Below are positions 18,642-26,715 of a DNA stretch of 64,000 nucleotides, in pieces. The translations under genes and the position numbers were made by a program. This stretch comes from an uncultured Rhodoferax sp. (GTDB taxonomy: Bacteria > Pseudomonadota > Gammaproteobacteria > Burkholderiales > Burkholderiaceae_C): the NCBI GenBank assembly GCA_964468905.1, contig CAYXWW010000001.1, positions 1,343-65,342 on the forward strand. Direction: 5' to 3'. Positions within the stretch are counted from its first letter, which is position 1. The number at the start of each line of letters is the position of its first letter. A model generated the notes under the pieces. It was not told the DNA's origin. It worked only from the letters and a program-made list of their open reading frames with translations, and did not search any database.

Positions 18642-19822
18642 ACGGAAATATGATGGTTACACCGATCGAAAATAGCAGGGTCACTCTAGACAAACTGAAA
18701 AAACAGATTGTCGGTAGCCGTTTCATGCGCTGGTGGGTTGCAGAGCTGTCCAGCTTGGTTCCGGGGTGGATGCGTTCGTCGGCGCTGGACGCGAGCCGAT
18801 TTGCACCTGTACCGTTGCAATCGGTGCACGCTCAAATGACCCCGGTGCAGAGTACTTCAGCCCGCCTCCTAGCGCTTACGGTGCCCAATGACCGAATTCT
18901 GCGCAAAACAATTACGCTCCCCTTGGCTACGGAAGAAAACCTGCGCCAAGTGCTCGAGTTTCAAGTAGAGCAACACACGCCCTTTGTGCCCGGGCAGGTC
19001 TATTTTGGGTATTTGCTGAAATCGCGCGATTTTGAGCGTGGGCAACTGACGGTGGATTTCGTGGCCACGCCACGTGGCCCGGTCGACGCTGCGCTCAAGA
19101 CGCTCAGTGAGTTGGGTACGCCCGCCCAAGCGGTGTTTTCGCAAGACATGCTCGCCGCAGACGAACTGCTCAACCTTCTGCCATCAGCACTTGCCACAAA
19201 GTCGTCGGCATTGCGTCTGGGTGCCAACCCATGGCTGGCTGGATTGGTTGGGGTGTTGGCGCTGGCTGCTTTGGCCATGCCTATTGTGATCAAGCGCGAG
19301 GCAGTTGTTCAAATGTTCCCTTGGGTCGAAAAAGGGAAGAAGGCCGCCGAAACAGTTGATGCCATGCGCCGTGAACTGGATGCGCGGGTTGAACAACACA
19401 ACTATTTACTGGAGAAGCGACAGCTTTCGCCTACCGTCATCCAGGTGCTGGAAGAGCTGACCCGCGTCTTGCCAGACGATACGTGGGTGCAAGCGCTGGA
19501 TCTGAAGGGTAAAGAACTCCAGATCCAGGGCGAAACAGCTTCGTCGGTGCGGCTTATTGGGCTATTTGAGCAGTCTAGTTTGTTCAAAGATGCAAGCTTT
19601 CGTTCGTCGTTGACCAAAGGCCAGCTCGTCGGGACTGAGCACTACCAGTTGGCACTGCAAGTGCGGCCCGCCCCGAAACCTGCATCCGCACCTGCGTCTT
19701 CACCCACTTCCGCGTCGGCTTCTGCGCCCGCAGTGGCGGTGTCAGGCGTACCGCTGCAAGCGGCATCAGTCCCGCAAACCGCTGGGTCTGCCCCGCAACC
19801 GGCCGGAGAGAAAAAGCCATGA
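18638..19822 (+). CDS. gspL: GspL (XpsL/PilN-domain) assembly protein
   Basis: LPLATEENLRQVLEFQVEQHTPF, one TM segment, LEELTRVLPDDTW PilN domain, Pro/Ala/Ser tail. Confidence 0.88.
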   Translation: MNGNMMVTPIENSRVTLDKLKKQIVGSRFMRWWVAELSSLVPGWMRSSALDASRFAPVPLQSVHAQMTPVQSTSARLLALTVPNDRILRKTITLPLATEENLRQVLEFQVEQHTPFVPGQVYFGYLLKSRDFERGQLTVDFVATPRGPVDAALKTLSELGTPAQAVFSQDMLAADELLNLLPSALATKSSALRLGANPWLAGLVGVLALAALAMPIVIKREAVVQMFPWVEKGKKAAETVDAMRRELDARVEQHNYLLEKRQLSPTVIQVLEELTRVLPDDTWVQALDLKGKELQIQGETASSVRLIGLFEQSSLFKDASFRSSLTKGQLVGTEHYQLALQVRPAPKPASAPASSPTSASASAPAVAVSGVPLQAASVPQTAGSAPQPAGEKKP

Positions 19823-20394
19823 CACCATTAACCCCCAAACAAAGTAAAGCCGCTGCCATAGCCCTCTTGGTCGTGCTGGTCGTGCTGGTCATCGGCGCAG
19901 TGGCCTTGCCCGTGTGGTGGCTAAACCAACGTTACGGCGGCGCGGTGGACGAGGCAGCTACACGATTAGCTAAGTATTCGAGAATCGTTGGTATGCGCGA
20001 CGGACTAGTGACCAGGGCGATGGAAGTCAAGGCGCTGGAGGCGAATCACCATTTTCTCAAAAGTGCCAGCCCGGCACTTGCTGCGGCTGAGTTGCAAGAG
20101 CAAGCCAAGGTCATTCTGGATGAAAACGGTGGCAAGCTCAATAGCATACAAATTTTGCCGCACAAGGACGATGGTCAATACAGGCAGGTGTCTGTCGCCT
20201 TGCAGTTGACAGCACCCCTGAGCGCGGTCAAGGCCATGTTGTATGCGTTGGAGTCGGCTCACCCCTATCTGTTTATCGACAATTTCTCCATGCGCTCGAT
20301 GAACATGAGCGCGACACGCAACGATGGAGCCAATGAACCGGAACTGCTAGTTGTGTTCGATTTGACCGGTTACGCCTTAAAGGGTGCGCAATGA
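19819..20394 (+). CDS. gspM: GspM (XpsM-type)
   Basis: N-terminal TM, AAAELQ, LYALESAHPYLFIDN; ATGA-coupled. Confidence 0.85.
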   Translation: MTPLTPKQSKAAAIALLVVLVVLVIGAVALPVWWLNQRYGGAVDEAATRLAKYSRIVGMRDGLVTRAMEVKALEANHHFLKSASPALAAAELQEQAKVILDENGGKLNSIQILPHKDDGQYRQVSVALQLTAPLSAVKAMLYALESAHPYLFIDNFSMRSMNMSATRNDGANEPELLVVFDLTGYALKGAQ

Positions 20395-21149
20395 AGACAA
20401 TCGCTGCACCGGAAAAATACCTGACTATTGCCTTGGCAGTTATGGCGTTGTTGCTCGCGGGCGTCTTGTACTGGGAATGGGACCAAGGCCTGCGCCTTGA
20501 GCAAGATTTGTTAAAACTCCGCAAAATTCCGGTTACTCCGGTCGCTGGTGCCGGTGTTTTGCCAGAGTTCGCGTTGCCGGATGCTGAAACCGGTTTCCCG
20601 GAGCTGATTTCCCGGTCCCTGTTTTCTCCAAGTCGCCGATCTTCAGCATCGGCGGTTAAGGGGGGGCGGGGTTCCATGCGGAAAGGCCAATTTGCGTTGG
20701 TTGGCGTGTTGATAACTCCCAACCAGCGCTCGGCACTGCTCCGTGATGTGCAGACCAATAAGACCGAGACGGTAGCCTTGGTGGGCGTCGTGCGGGGTAT
20801 GACTTTGGGCGAGGTTGAATCCTCGCGTGTAGTATTACGACAAGGCGCGGAGAGCGAAGAGCTCATCCTCAACGTGCAAACAGGCCCCAGAGTACCAGGC
20901 GTGCCGCAGCCCCCTGGCGCCCCCGTGCCGCAACCTGTCGCCGCACCCCCTGCGCCCATTGCAACAGCCTCTGCGCCAGCAACCCAAGCCGCTTCTGCCG
21001 CTGTGCCGCCTACGCCACCGGCATCGGCTGCGTCCGCACCTGCACGCGCTGCATCCGGCCCAAGGCCAACAGCGTCTGAAGCTACCGCGCCTCCCCGACC
21101 GGTTCAAGGTGTTTCGGCACCGCAGCCCTCGCCGAATGTGCGCAAGTAG
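20391..21149 (+). CDS. XpsN/GspC-like T2SS component with Pro/Ala-rich tail
   Basis: TM, RSLFSPSRR, LVGVLIT...VESSRVVLRQG (GspC-HR-like); lies between M and D as in Xanthomonas xps. Confidence 0.7.
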   Translation: MKTIAAPEKYLTIALAVMALLLAGVLYWEWDQGLRLEQDLLKLRKIPVTPVAGAGVLPEFALPDAETGFPELISRSLFSPSRRSSASAVKGGRGSMRKGQFALVGVLITPNQRSALLRDVQTNKTETVALVGVVRGMTLGEVESSRVVLRQGAESEELILNVQTGPRVPGVPQPPGAPVPQPVAAPPAPIATASAPATQAASAAVPPTPPASAASAPARAASGPRPTASEATAPPRPVQGVSAPQPSPNVRK

Positions 21150-21224
21150 CTATTAAAAGAGTAGCATGAAATATTCCCCATTCATTCAGAATGCCGGCGC
21201 CGCCCGGACAGTTAAGGAAGTCAA

Positions 21225-23480
21225 ATGAACAAACACGTCCCCCATCGCCTGGCACTGGCCTTGGCCCTGATTTATTGCCTGCCCTTGGCGCTTGTAGGAT
21301 GCTCGACGCAGCCTTCAGCACAAGCGGTGGCGGCGCCTGCGGCAGCGCCCTCTGTGTCACCGGCTTTGAACAATGCCACTGGCCCCAAAGGCGACACAAC
21401 ACCTAGCGGGCCGGTCCAAAGCGGCAAGCAGGCGGATGCCGATACCGCCGTCAAAATCATTCCTGGCACCGGTGTGTTTGTAAAGCCCGCAGCAGTTTTG
21501 CCAGCCCCTGCCGGCCCACAAGACATTGTGTTGAATTTTGAAGGCGCAGACCTGCGCGAAGTGGTGCGCGTCGTCATGGGCGATATGCTGAGCGAAAACT
21601 ACACCATTGACCCCAAGGTCAATGGCACAGTCACCATCCACACCAGCCAGCCCATCAACCGCGCGGCGGTAACGCCCATTTTGGAAACTGTGTTGCGCAT
21701 GAATGGCGCGGCCATGGTCAAGGAAAACGGCTCGTACAAAATTGGCCCGCTCAACAGTGCGTTACGTGGCTCTACTACGCCGCAACTGGGTGCACTGCAG
21801 CCCGGCTACAGCGTGCAGATCGTGCAGCTGCAATACATGGCCGCCCGCGAGATGTCCAAAATTTTGGAGCCTCTCTTGCCCGAAGGCAGCATCCTGCGGG
21901 TTGATGAGAGCCGCAACCTCTTGATGTTGGCGGGTGCCGAGGCTGAAATGCGCCACGCCCTAGAGACTGTCAGTGTGTTCGATCTGGACTGGCTGTCTGG
22001 CATGTCGGTGGGCCTCTTCACGCTCAAAAGCGTGGACGTAAAAAGCATACTGCCCGAGCTTGAATTGCTGTTTAGCGAAAAAGGCAAAAGCCCGTTTGCT
22101 GGCATGCTGCGAATCATCCCCATTGAGCGGATGAATGCCGTGTTTGTGGTCAGCCCCAGGCCCCAGTATTTGGAACAAGCAAGAGTGTGGGTAGAGCGCC
22201 TGGACCGCAATGGCGGCAAGAGTGGCACGCGGTTGCATGTGTACCCGGTGCAAAACGGCAATGCCGAAAAAATAGCGGCATTGTTGAGTCAGGTCATTGG
22301 CGGTAAGGCAACTACCGGCACCCCTGCAGCGTCTGTGGCGCCTGGCTTGGTTGGCGCATCTGTTGCGTCGTCGGGCGGGCCGGGACAGAACCCGCTAACC
22401 GGCGGTGCAGGTGGGCTCAATGGCGCTGCTGGTGGCGGGGCTTTGTTGAATGCACCCGGCGCAACGTCGCCGGGTACTGTAGCCACAGGCACTGGCGAGG
22501 CGCTAGGCCTGGGTGCCGGTAGCACTATCAAAATCATTGCAGACCGTGACAACAATGCACTGCTCATCATGGCCAACGGCGCAGAGTATGAAAAGATTGA
22601 AGAGGCCATCAAACGGCTTGATGTCGTACCCCGCCAAGTGTTGGTGGAAGTCACCATTGCCGAGGTCACTCTCACGGGCAATTTGAGCTATGGCCTTGAA
22701 TGGTTTTTTAACAGCAACAACAACCTGTCGGGCATGCTGTTCAACTCTAATTCCAACACGCGTGCGCTTCCGTCTGACCCCACTGGGGCGGTAACTCCGC
22801 GCCTGCCGTTCTCGGCAGTCTGGCGTGCCAGTGGCGGCAATGTATCGGCTGTGTTGAGCGCACTGGCCAGCAATACCAAGGTCAATGTGCTTTCGTCGCC
22901 CCACATCATGGTGACGGACAACCAGATTGCCAAAATCAATGTGGGCTCCAGCGTGCCGGTTCAGGGCCAGAGCACATTTACCGGAGTTGCGGGCTCTGCC
23001 CCCGTTGTCACCTCGGTTGTCTACGTGGATACTGGTGTGGTGCTGTCGGTGCGGCCACACATTAATTCGGGTGGATTGGTCACGCTGGAAATCAGCCAGG
23101 AAGTGAGTGATGTGCAAGACGGCGTCACCACCACCGGGCTCAACTCCCCCACCATTAACAAGCGCTCGGCACAAACCACCGTTGCCGTGCAGTCAGGCGA
23201 CACCATGGTTTTGGCGGGGTTGATCAAGGACGACAAGAACAACGGATCATCCGGCCTGCCGTTTCTATCGGAGATACCGGTTGTAGGCGCACTGTTTGGT
23301 GCCAAGAGCGACACCAGCACCCGCAGAGAGCTCATCATCACCATCACGCCGCGTGTTGTGAACGATGGTGTGCAGGCTCGCGAAGTCACCGCAGAGTTCC
23401 GCAAAAAGCTCACCGGCATGCGCAAGCTCAATGGCGATGCTGCCGGCACGCTCACAGGCGAAGAGAGCACGAAGCCCTGA
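21225..23480 (+). CDS. gspD: Type II secretion secretin GspD (predicted lipoprotein)
   Basis: LVGC lipobox, LNFEGADLREV, QVLVEVTIAEV, SGLPFLSEIPVVGALFG, RRELIITITPRVV. Confidence 0.96.
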   Translation: MNKHVPHRLALALALIYCLPLALVGCSTQPSAQAVAAPAAAPSVSPALNNATGPKGDTTPSGPVQSGKQADADTAVKIIPGTGVFVKPAAVLPAPAGPQDIVLNFEGADLREVVRVVMGDMLSENYTIDPKVNGTVTIHTSQPINRAAVTPILETVLRMNGAAMVKENGSYKIGPLNSALRGSTTPQLGALQPGYSVQIVQLQYMAAREMSKILEPLLPEGSILRVDESRNLLMLAGAEAEMRHALETVSVFDLDWLSGMSVGLFTLKSVDVKSILPELELLFSEKGKSPFAGMLRIIPIERMNAVFVVSPRPQYLEQARVWVERLDRNGGKSGTRLHVYPVQNGNAEKIAALLSQVIGGKATTGTPAASVAPGLVGASVASSGGPGQNPLTGGAGGLNGAAGGGALLNAPGATSPGTVATGTGEALGLGAGSTIKIIADRDNNALLIMANGAEYEKIEEAIKRLDVVPRQVLVEVTIAEVTLTGNLSYGLEWFFNSNNNLSGMLFNSNSNTRALPSDPTGAVTPRLPFSAVWRASGGNVSAVLSALASNTKVNVLSSPHIMVTDNQIAKINVGSSVPVQGQSTFTGVAGSAPVVTSVVYVDTGVVLSVRPHINSGGLVTLEISQEVSDVQDGVTTTGLNSPTINKRSAQTTVAVQSGDTMVLAGLIKDDKNNGSSGLPFLSEIPVVGALFGAKSDTSTRRELIITITPRVVNDGVQAREVTAEFRKKLTGMRKLNGDAAGTLTGEESTKP

Positions 23481-23573
23481 GTGGAAGACGCAAAACGTAA
23501 CTAAATTTCTTGCATGTGTGTTGCATTTAGGGAACACAGGTGCAAAAAGCCTCACAAATCACTTGGAATCTCT

Positions 23574-23602
23574 TTGACCTGCCAAGTGTTCTTTTGTACA
23601 TT
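23574..23602 (+). promoter_or_regulatory. Sigma70-type promoter P1 of the candidate surface-layer gene
   Basis: TTGACC (23574-79), 17 bp, TACATT (23597-602); overlapped by inverted repeat CTGCCAA...TTGGCAG. Confidence 0.65.
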
Positions 23603-23653
23603 GGCAGCATGCGTCAGGGAACTGGCCATCCGGCAGAGCAACTTGAAGTTTTT

Positions 23654-23682
23654 TTGACCGGTTTAGTCAATCCATGTACAAT
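23654..23682 (+). promoter_or_regulatory. Sigma70-type promoter P2 of the candidate surface-layer gene
   Basis: TTGACC (23654-59), 17 bp, TACAAT (23677-82); exactly 80 bp after P1. Confidence 0.75.
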
Positions 23683-23783
23683 GGATTTCGTTAGTGCAAA
23701 AAGGTAGTACACTGGGCGCGGTAATTTATTGCCATCCTGGATGTATGAATTATTTTATTTTGGCCAAAATAGGAAACGTAAAC

Positions 23784-24716
23784 ATGAAAAAAACTTTTCA
23801 AAAGACTCTGATCGCTGCTGCCGCTGGCGTGGCTCTGATGTCTGCTGTCGGTACAGCTAACGCGAACTCGCTGCTGTTCCCTTACTTCACCACTAAGACT
23901 GGTGCGCAAACCGTTCTGAGTCTGTACTCGCAAGACGCAAACGATACCGTTGGCGTTCACTATGTCTATAACTATGGCACTGCTTGCACTCACTTTGATG
24001 CATACGGCAAGCTGACCGCACACGACATCTTGAGTCACTCTGTTGCTGCAACAACTGTTGGCGGTTTCGGTAAGGCTGTGTCCTCTGACACTTCTACTCC
24101 AGTCTACTTCCCATTGGCTGACCAAGTTGGTTTCTTGATCGTGTCTTCTCGTGATAGCGCTTTGACTGACTCCATCCAAGGCAGCGCTGCTATTGTTGAT
24201 CCTTCTTCCGGCTTGGTAGTGTCCTACGCTGGTATTTCCAATGGCGTGGCTACCAATGGCCCTGGTGCAGCTGGTGTGAACGAAGGTAACTTCAATGCCA
24301 TCACTGATGTCAACTTCCCATTGACTTACCTGCCTACAGCGCTGGTTACCACTTCTTGGTATGGTGTTGTGACTGGTGACAATCGTCCTTCCATTTTGGC
24401 TGGTTCTAACTGGGGCGGCACTTACACCATCAGCAACAACGGCAATGTGTACAACAACGACGAAGTGGCTTACTCTGGTACAGCTACCAAGTCAATCACT
24501 TGCGCTGGCTCGATCTTGGCTACAGATTTGGGCACTACTGCTCAAAACGCAGCCCTTGGTACCAATGGTGGTGTGATTCGTGCAACGGGTGCAGTGGGTG
24601 CTGCCGCGACTCAGTCGTCTGGTGTTGTCCTGTTGAAGTTGCAAGCTGTTCAAGCTGCCGTTGGCGCTCCTTTCGCAGGCAAGCAATTCCTGCATCGCGA
24701 AGTCGCAGGCAACTAA
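23784..24716 (+). CDS. Sec-exported, highly expressed surface protein; candidate S-layer subunit and T2SS substrate
   Basis: AGGA RBS; signal peptide MKKTFQKTLIAAAAGVALMSAVGTANA|NSLLFPYF; ~20% Ser+Thr by hand count, few charged residues, 2 Cys; codons GCT/GGT/ACT/TCT/AAC/TTC unlike neighbours. CDS is certain, function is inferred. Confidence 0.7.
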   Translation: MKKTFQKTLIAAAAGVALMSAVGTANANSLLFPYFTTKTGAQTVLSLYSQDANDTVGVHYVYNYGTACTHFDAYGKLTAHDILSHSVAATTVGGFGKAVSSDTSTPVYFPLADQVGFLIVSSRDSALTDSIQGSAAIVDPSSGLVVSYAGISNGVATNGPGAAGVNEGNFNAITDVNFPLTYLPTALVTTSWYGVVTGDNRPSILAGSNWGGTYTISNNGNVYNNDEVAYSGTATKSITCAGSILATDLGTTAQNAALGTNGGVIRATGAVGAAATQSSGVVLLKLQAVQAAVGAPFAGKQFLHREVAGN

Positions 24717-24732
24717 CAGTTGTTTGTTGCTG

Positions 24733-24797
24733 GTGTGACTGTAGTTTTACAGTTGCACTGCAAAAAAAGCCCCGTCTTTGCGGGGCTTTTTTTTGCA
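24733..24797 (+). terminator. Double hairpin: stem-loop followed by a strong Rho-independent terminator
   Basis: GTGTGACTGTA-gttt-TACAGTTGCAC, then TGCAAAAAAAGCCCCG-tctttg-CGGGGCTTTTTTTTGCA. Confidence 0.88.
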
Positions 24798-24872
24798 TGT
24801 CATTTGTTGAACTATTTCTGGGCGATGGTATCTGTTGCTTATCACCCTTTTTTTTGGAATCTGCCTCGCTGT

Positions 24873-26654
24873 ATGAAAATCTCACTCAAGACCGTACTGC
24901 CACTATTTGTTGTCTCTGCGCTGCCATATTTTCTGAGTGGCTGTGCTCAGCTTGCTAGTGAGCGTTCACCCTACAACATACTCGCAGAGATAGATGACAT
25001 CAGCACAGGTGGTATACAAACTCTCCCGTCTGTGGTTGCACAGAACGGAACGTTGTCGATATTGCATGCCAATAAAGAAGGCCGCGTAGTCCTGCAAAGT
25101 GGCGTGCAAAAGCAACTGCTAGACACAACAGCCCGCGTCAAGAATGGGGCAAGTTACTTACAGTTGAATCCCGTTGGCGCAGGGCTTCAAGCACTCTGGT
25201 GGTCGCACCAAGATGGCAAGAATATCTATTTCACCTCGCGTCCCGCGCCAGATCAGACTTTTTCGGACGTAAGCATGGTCAATGATGACCACGGTGTACT
25301 GCCCCCGTACTCCATCGCCAGTGGCCAAAAATCAGGAGCAGTGGGAGTCGCGTATCAGGACGAGCGCTTGCCGAGATTCCAGTCATTTTTTAACCGTTCA
25401 GTGGATGCTGGCCGTACATGGCCGCGGCCTGACGTGAGAATGGATGTCCCCGCCGCTGGTGATATAAGGTCAACGTTCGTCGCCGAAACCCATTTAGTCC
25501 AAACTGAAAGAATTTGGCTGACGGTTTGGGTAGACACTATTCCCTCAAGTGAAGGTCCCTTCCGCATTATCGCGCGCGAGAGCGTAGACGAAGGCCAGAC
25601 ATGGGCGCCACCCAAGACCCTTTTTGTAGGTCAAAGACATATCTCCTCGCTGAAGGTATTGGCGCGTGGATCGAACATTGCCGTGCTTGCAGATGAGTTG
25701 AAGCGAGGCGTTTTTGCTGTCACCTCCAATGACCACGGGAAGCACTGGCGCACAAGTCATTCCGTCATTGGCAGTGAAGACGCTACCAACAGCGGTATAG
25801 AAGCCACGCTGGAATCTGGCTACGTACACCTGGCATGGAACTTGGATCGCGAAGGGCAAAAAACCCGAATCCAGGTAGCAACGCTCAGTTTTGACTCTGG
25901 CGATTGGACCGGAGCCAGTCAAAGACTGGACGTCAAATTCTTAGACAACACACGTTCAGAAGTACCGGTACTTGGGCACACTGCTAAAGGTGTGCCGGTA
26001 GCCGCTTGGATCGACTACCGCGACATTCGGCCAAATATTTACTTGGCCGCAACCTACGATCATGGAAATTCTTGGACTGCACCACAGCCAGTCCGAAAGC
26101 CCGGCACATTGTCACTTGGTTGGCCCAAGCTGCACGCATGGGGTGAAGACATAGCATTGGCCTTTGAAATATATCCAAACGACAAAAAAAATGAAGGGCG
26201 CTTCGTGGTTCAGAAGGTCAATATTGGCAGTGACCCGAAGTCTTTCACAACAAACGTCGTCGCACCGGTAGTCACCGATACCGCCCGCAAGGCCCGCCTT
26301 GAACAACGTGTTCAGGCCCTCTGGGATGCACGAATCAAAGCCGACTACGCTACAGCGTATGATTTTTTCGACTTCGCCTACAAGGTTTTCACGCCCAAAA
26401 AGAACTACTTGGAAAACACCGGTGTCATAACCTACATATCTGCAGCAATAGACAAAATCGACATTCGCGGCAATGAGGCCGATGTCACTACTAAGATACG
26501 CTACGAGATGAAACCATTTATATTGCCGGCGACGGGCAAGCCCATCTCAGTAGCGCCAGTGGACGTGGATTCACCCGGTTCATGGGTTTGGGTAGGAGAC
26601 GACTGGTATCTTGTTTACAGCCCTGCTTTTGATGTGCCCGTTCTGAGATATTGA
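24873..26654 (+). CDS. Lipoprotein with Asp-box (BNR, sialidase-like beta-propeller) repeats and a C-terminal NTF2-like domain
   Basis: Lipobox FLSGC; Asp-boxes SVDAGRTW, SVDEGQTW, SNDHGKHW, TYDHGNSW; C-terminal LEQRVQALWDAR...WVWVGDDWY. Confidence 0.75.
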   Translation: MKISLKTVLPLFVVSALPYFLSGCAQLASERSPYNILAEIDDISTGGIQTLPSVVAQNGTLSILHANKEGRVVLQSGVQKQLLDTTARVKNGASYLQLNPVGAGLQALWWSHQDGKNIYFTSRPAPDQTFSDVSMVNDDHGVLPPYSIASGQKSGAVGVAYQDERLPRFQSFFNRSVDAGRTWPRPDVRMDVPAAGDIRSTFVAETHLVQTERIWLTVWVDTIPSSEGPFRIIARESVDEGQTWAPPKTLFVGQRHISSLKVLARGSNIAVLADELKRGVFAVTSNDHGKHWRTSHSVIGSEDATNSGIEATLESGYVHLAWNLDREGQKTRIQVATLSFDSGDWTGASQRLDVKFLDNTRSEVPVLGHTAKGVPVAAWIDYRDIRPNIYLAATYDHGNSWTAPQPVRKPGTLSLGWPKLHAWGEDIALAFEIYPNDKKNEGRFVVQKVNIGSDPKSFTTNVVAPVVTDTARKARLEQRVQALWDARIKADYATAYDFFDFAYKVFTPKKNYLENTGVITYISAAIDKIDIRGNEADVTTKIRYEMKPFILPATGKPISVAPVDVDSPGSWVWVGDDWYLVYSPAFDVPVLRY

Positions 26655-26662
26655 CAACAAGT

Positions 26663-26686
26663 AACCGAGCGGTTTCACGCTCGGTT
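26663..26686 (+). terminator. Stem-loop after the lipoprotein gene
   Basis: AACCGAGCG-gtttca-CGCTCGGTT; weak U tract. Confidence 0.5.
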
Positions 26687-26715
26687 CTGTAATACCCATT
26701 GCTGTTTCCGAATCT

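Noticed and set aside
23694-23783. Longer 340-aa start for the surface protein given in the ORF track
   Set aside because: ATG 23784 has an AGGA RBS and begins a canonical signal peptide; the extension falls in the predicted 5' leader.
23784-24716. Porin, flagellin, pilin or PEP-CTERM identity for the highly expressed protein
   Set aside because: No C-terminal Phe/Trp beta-signal, no flagellin termini, no prepilin motif and no PEP-TM-basic tail.
24720-24872. N-terminal extension of the 644-aa ORF
   Set aside because: It runs through the terminator hairpins; ATG 24873 gives a proper lipoprotein signal.
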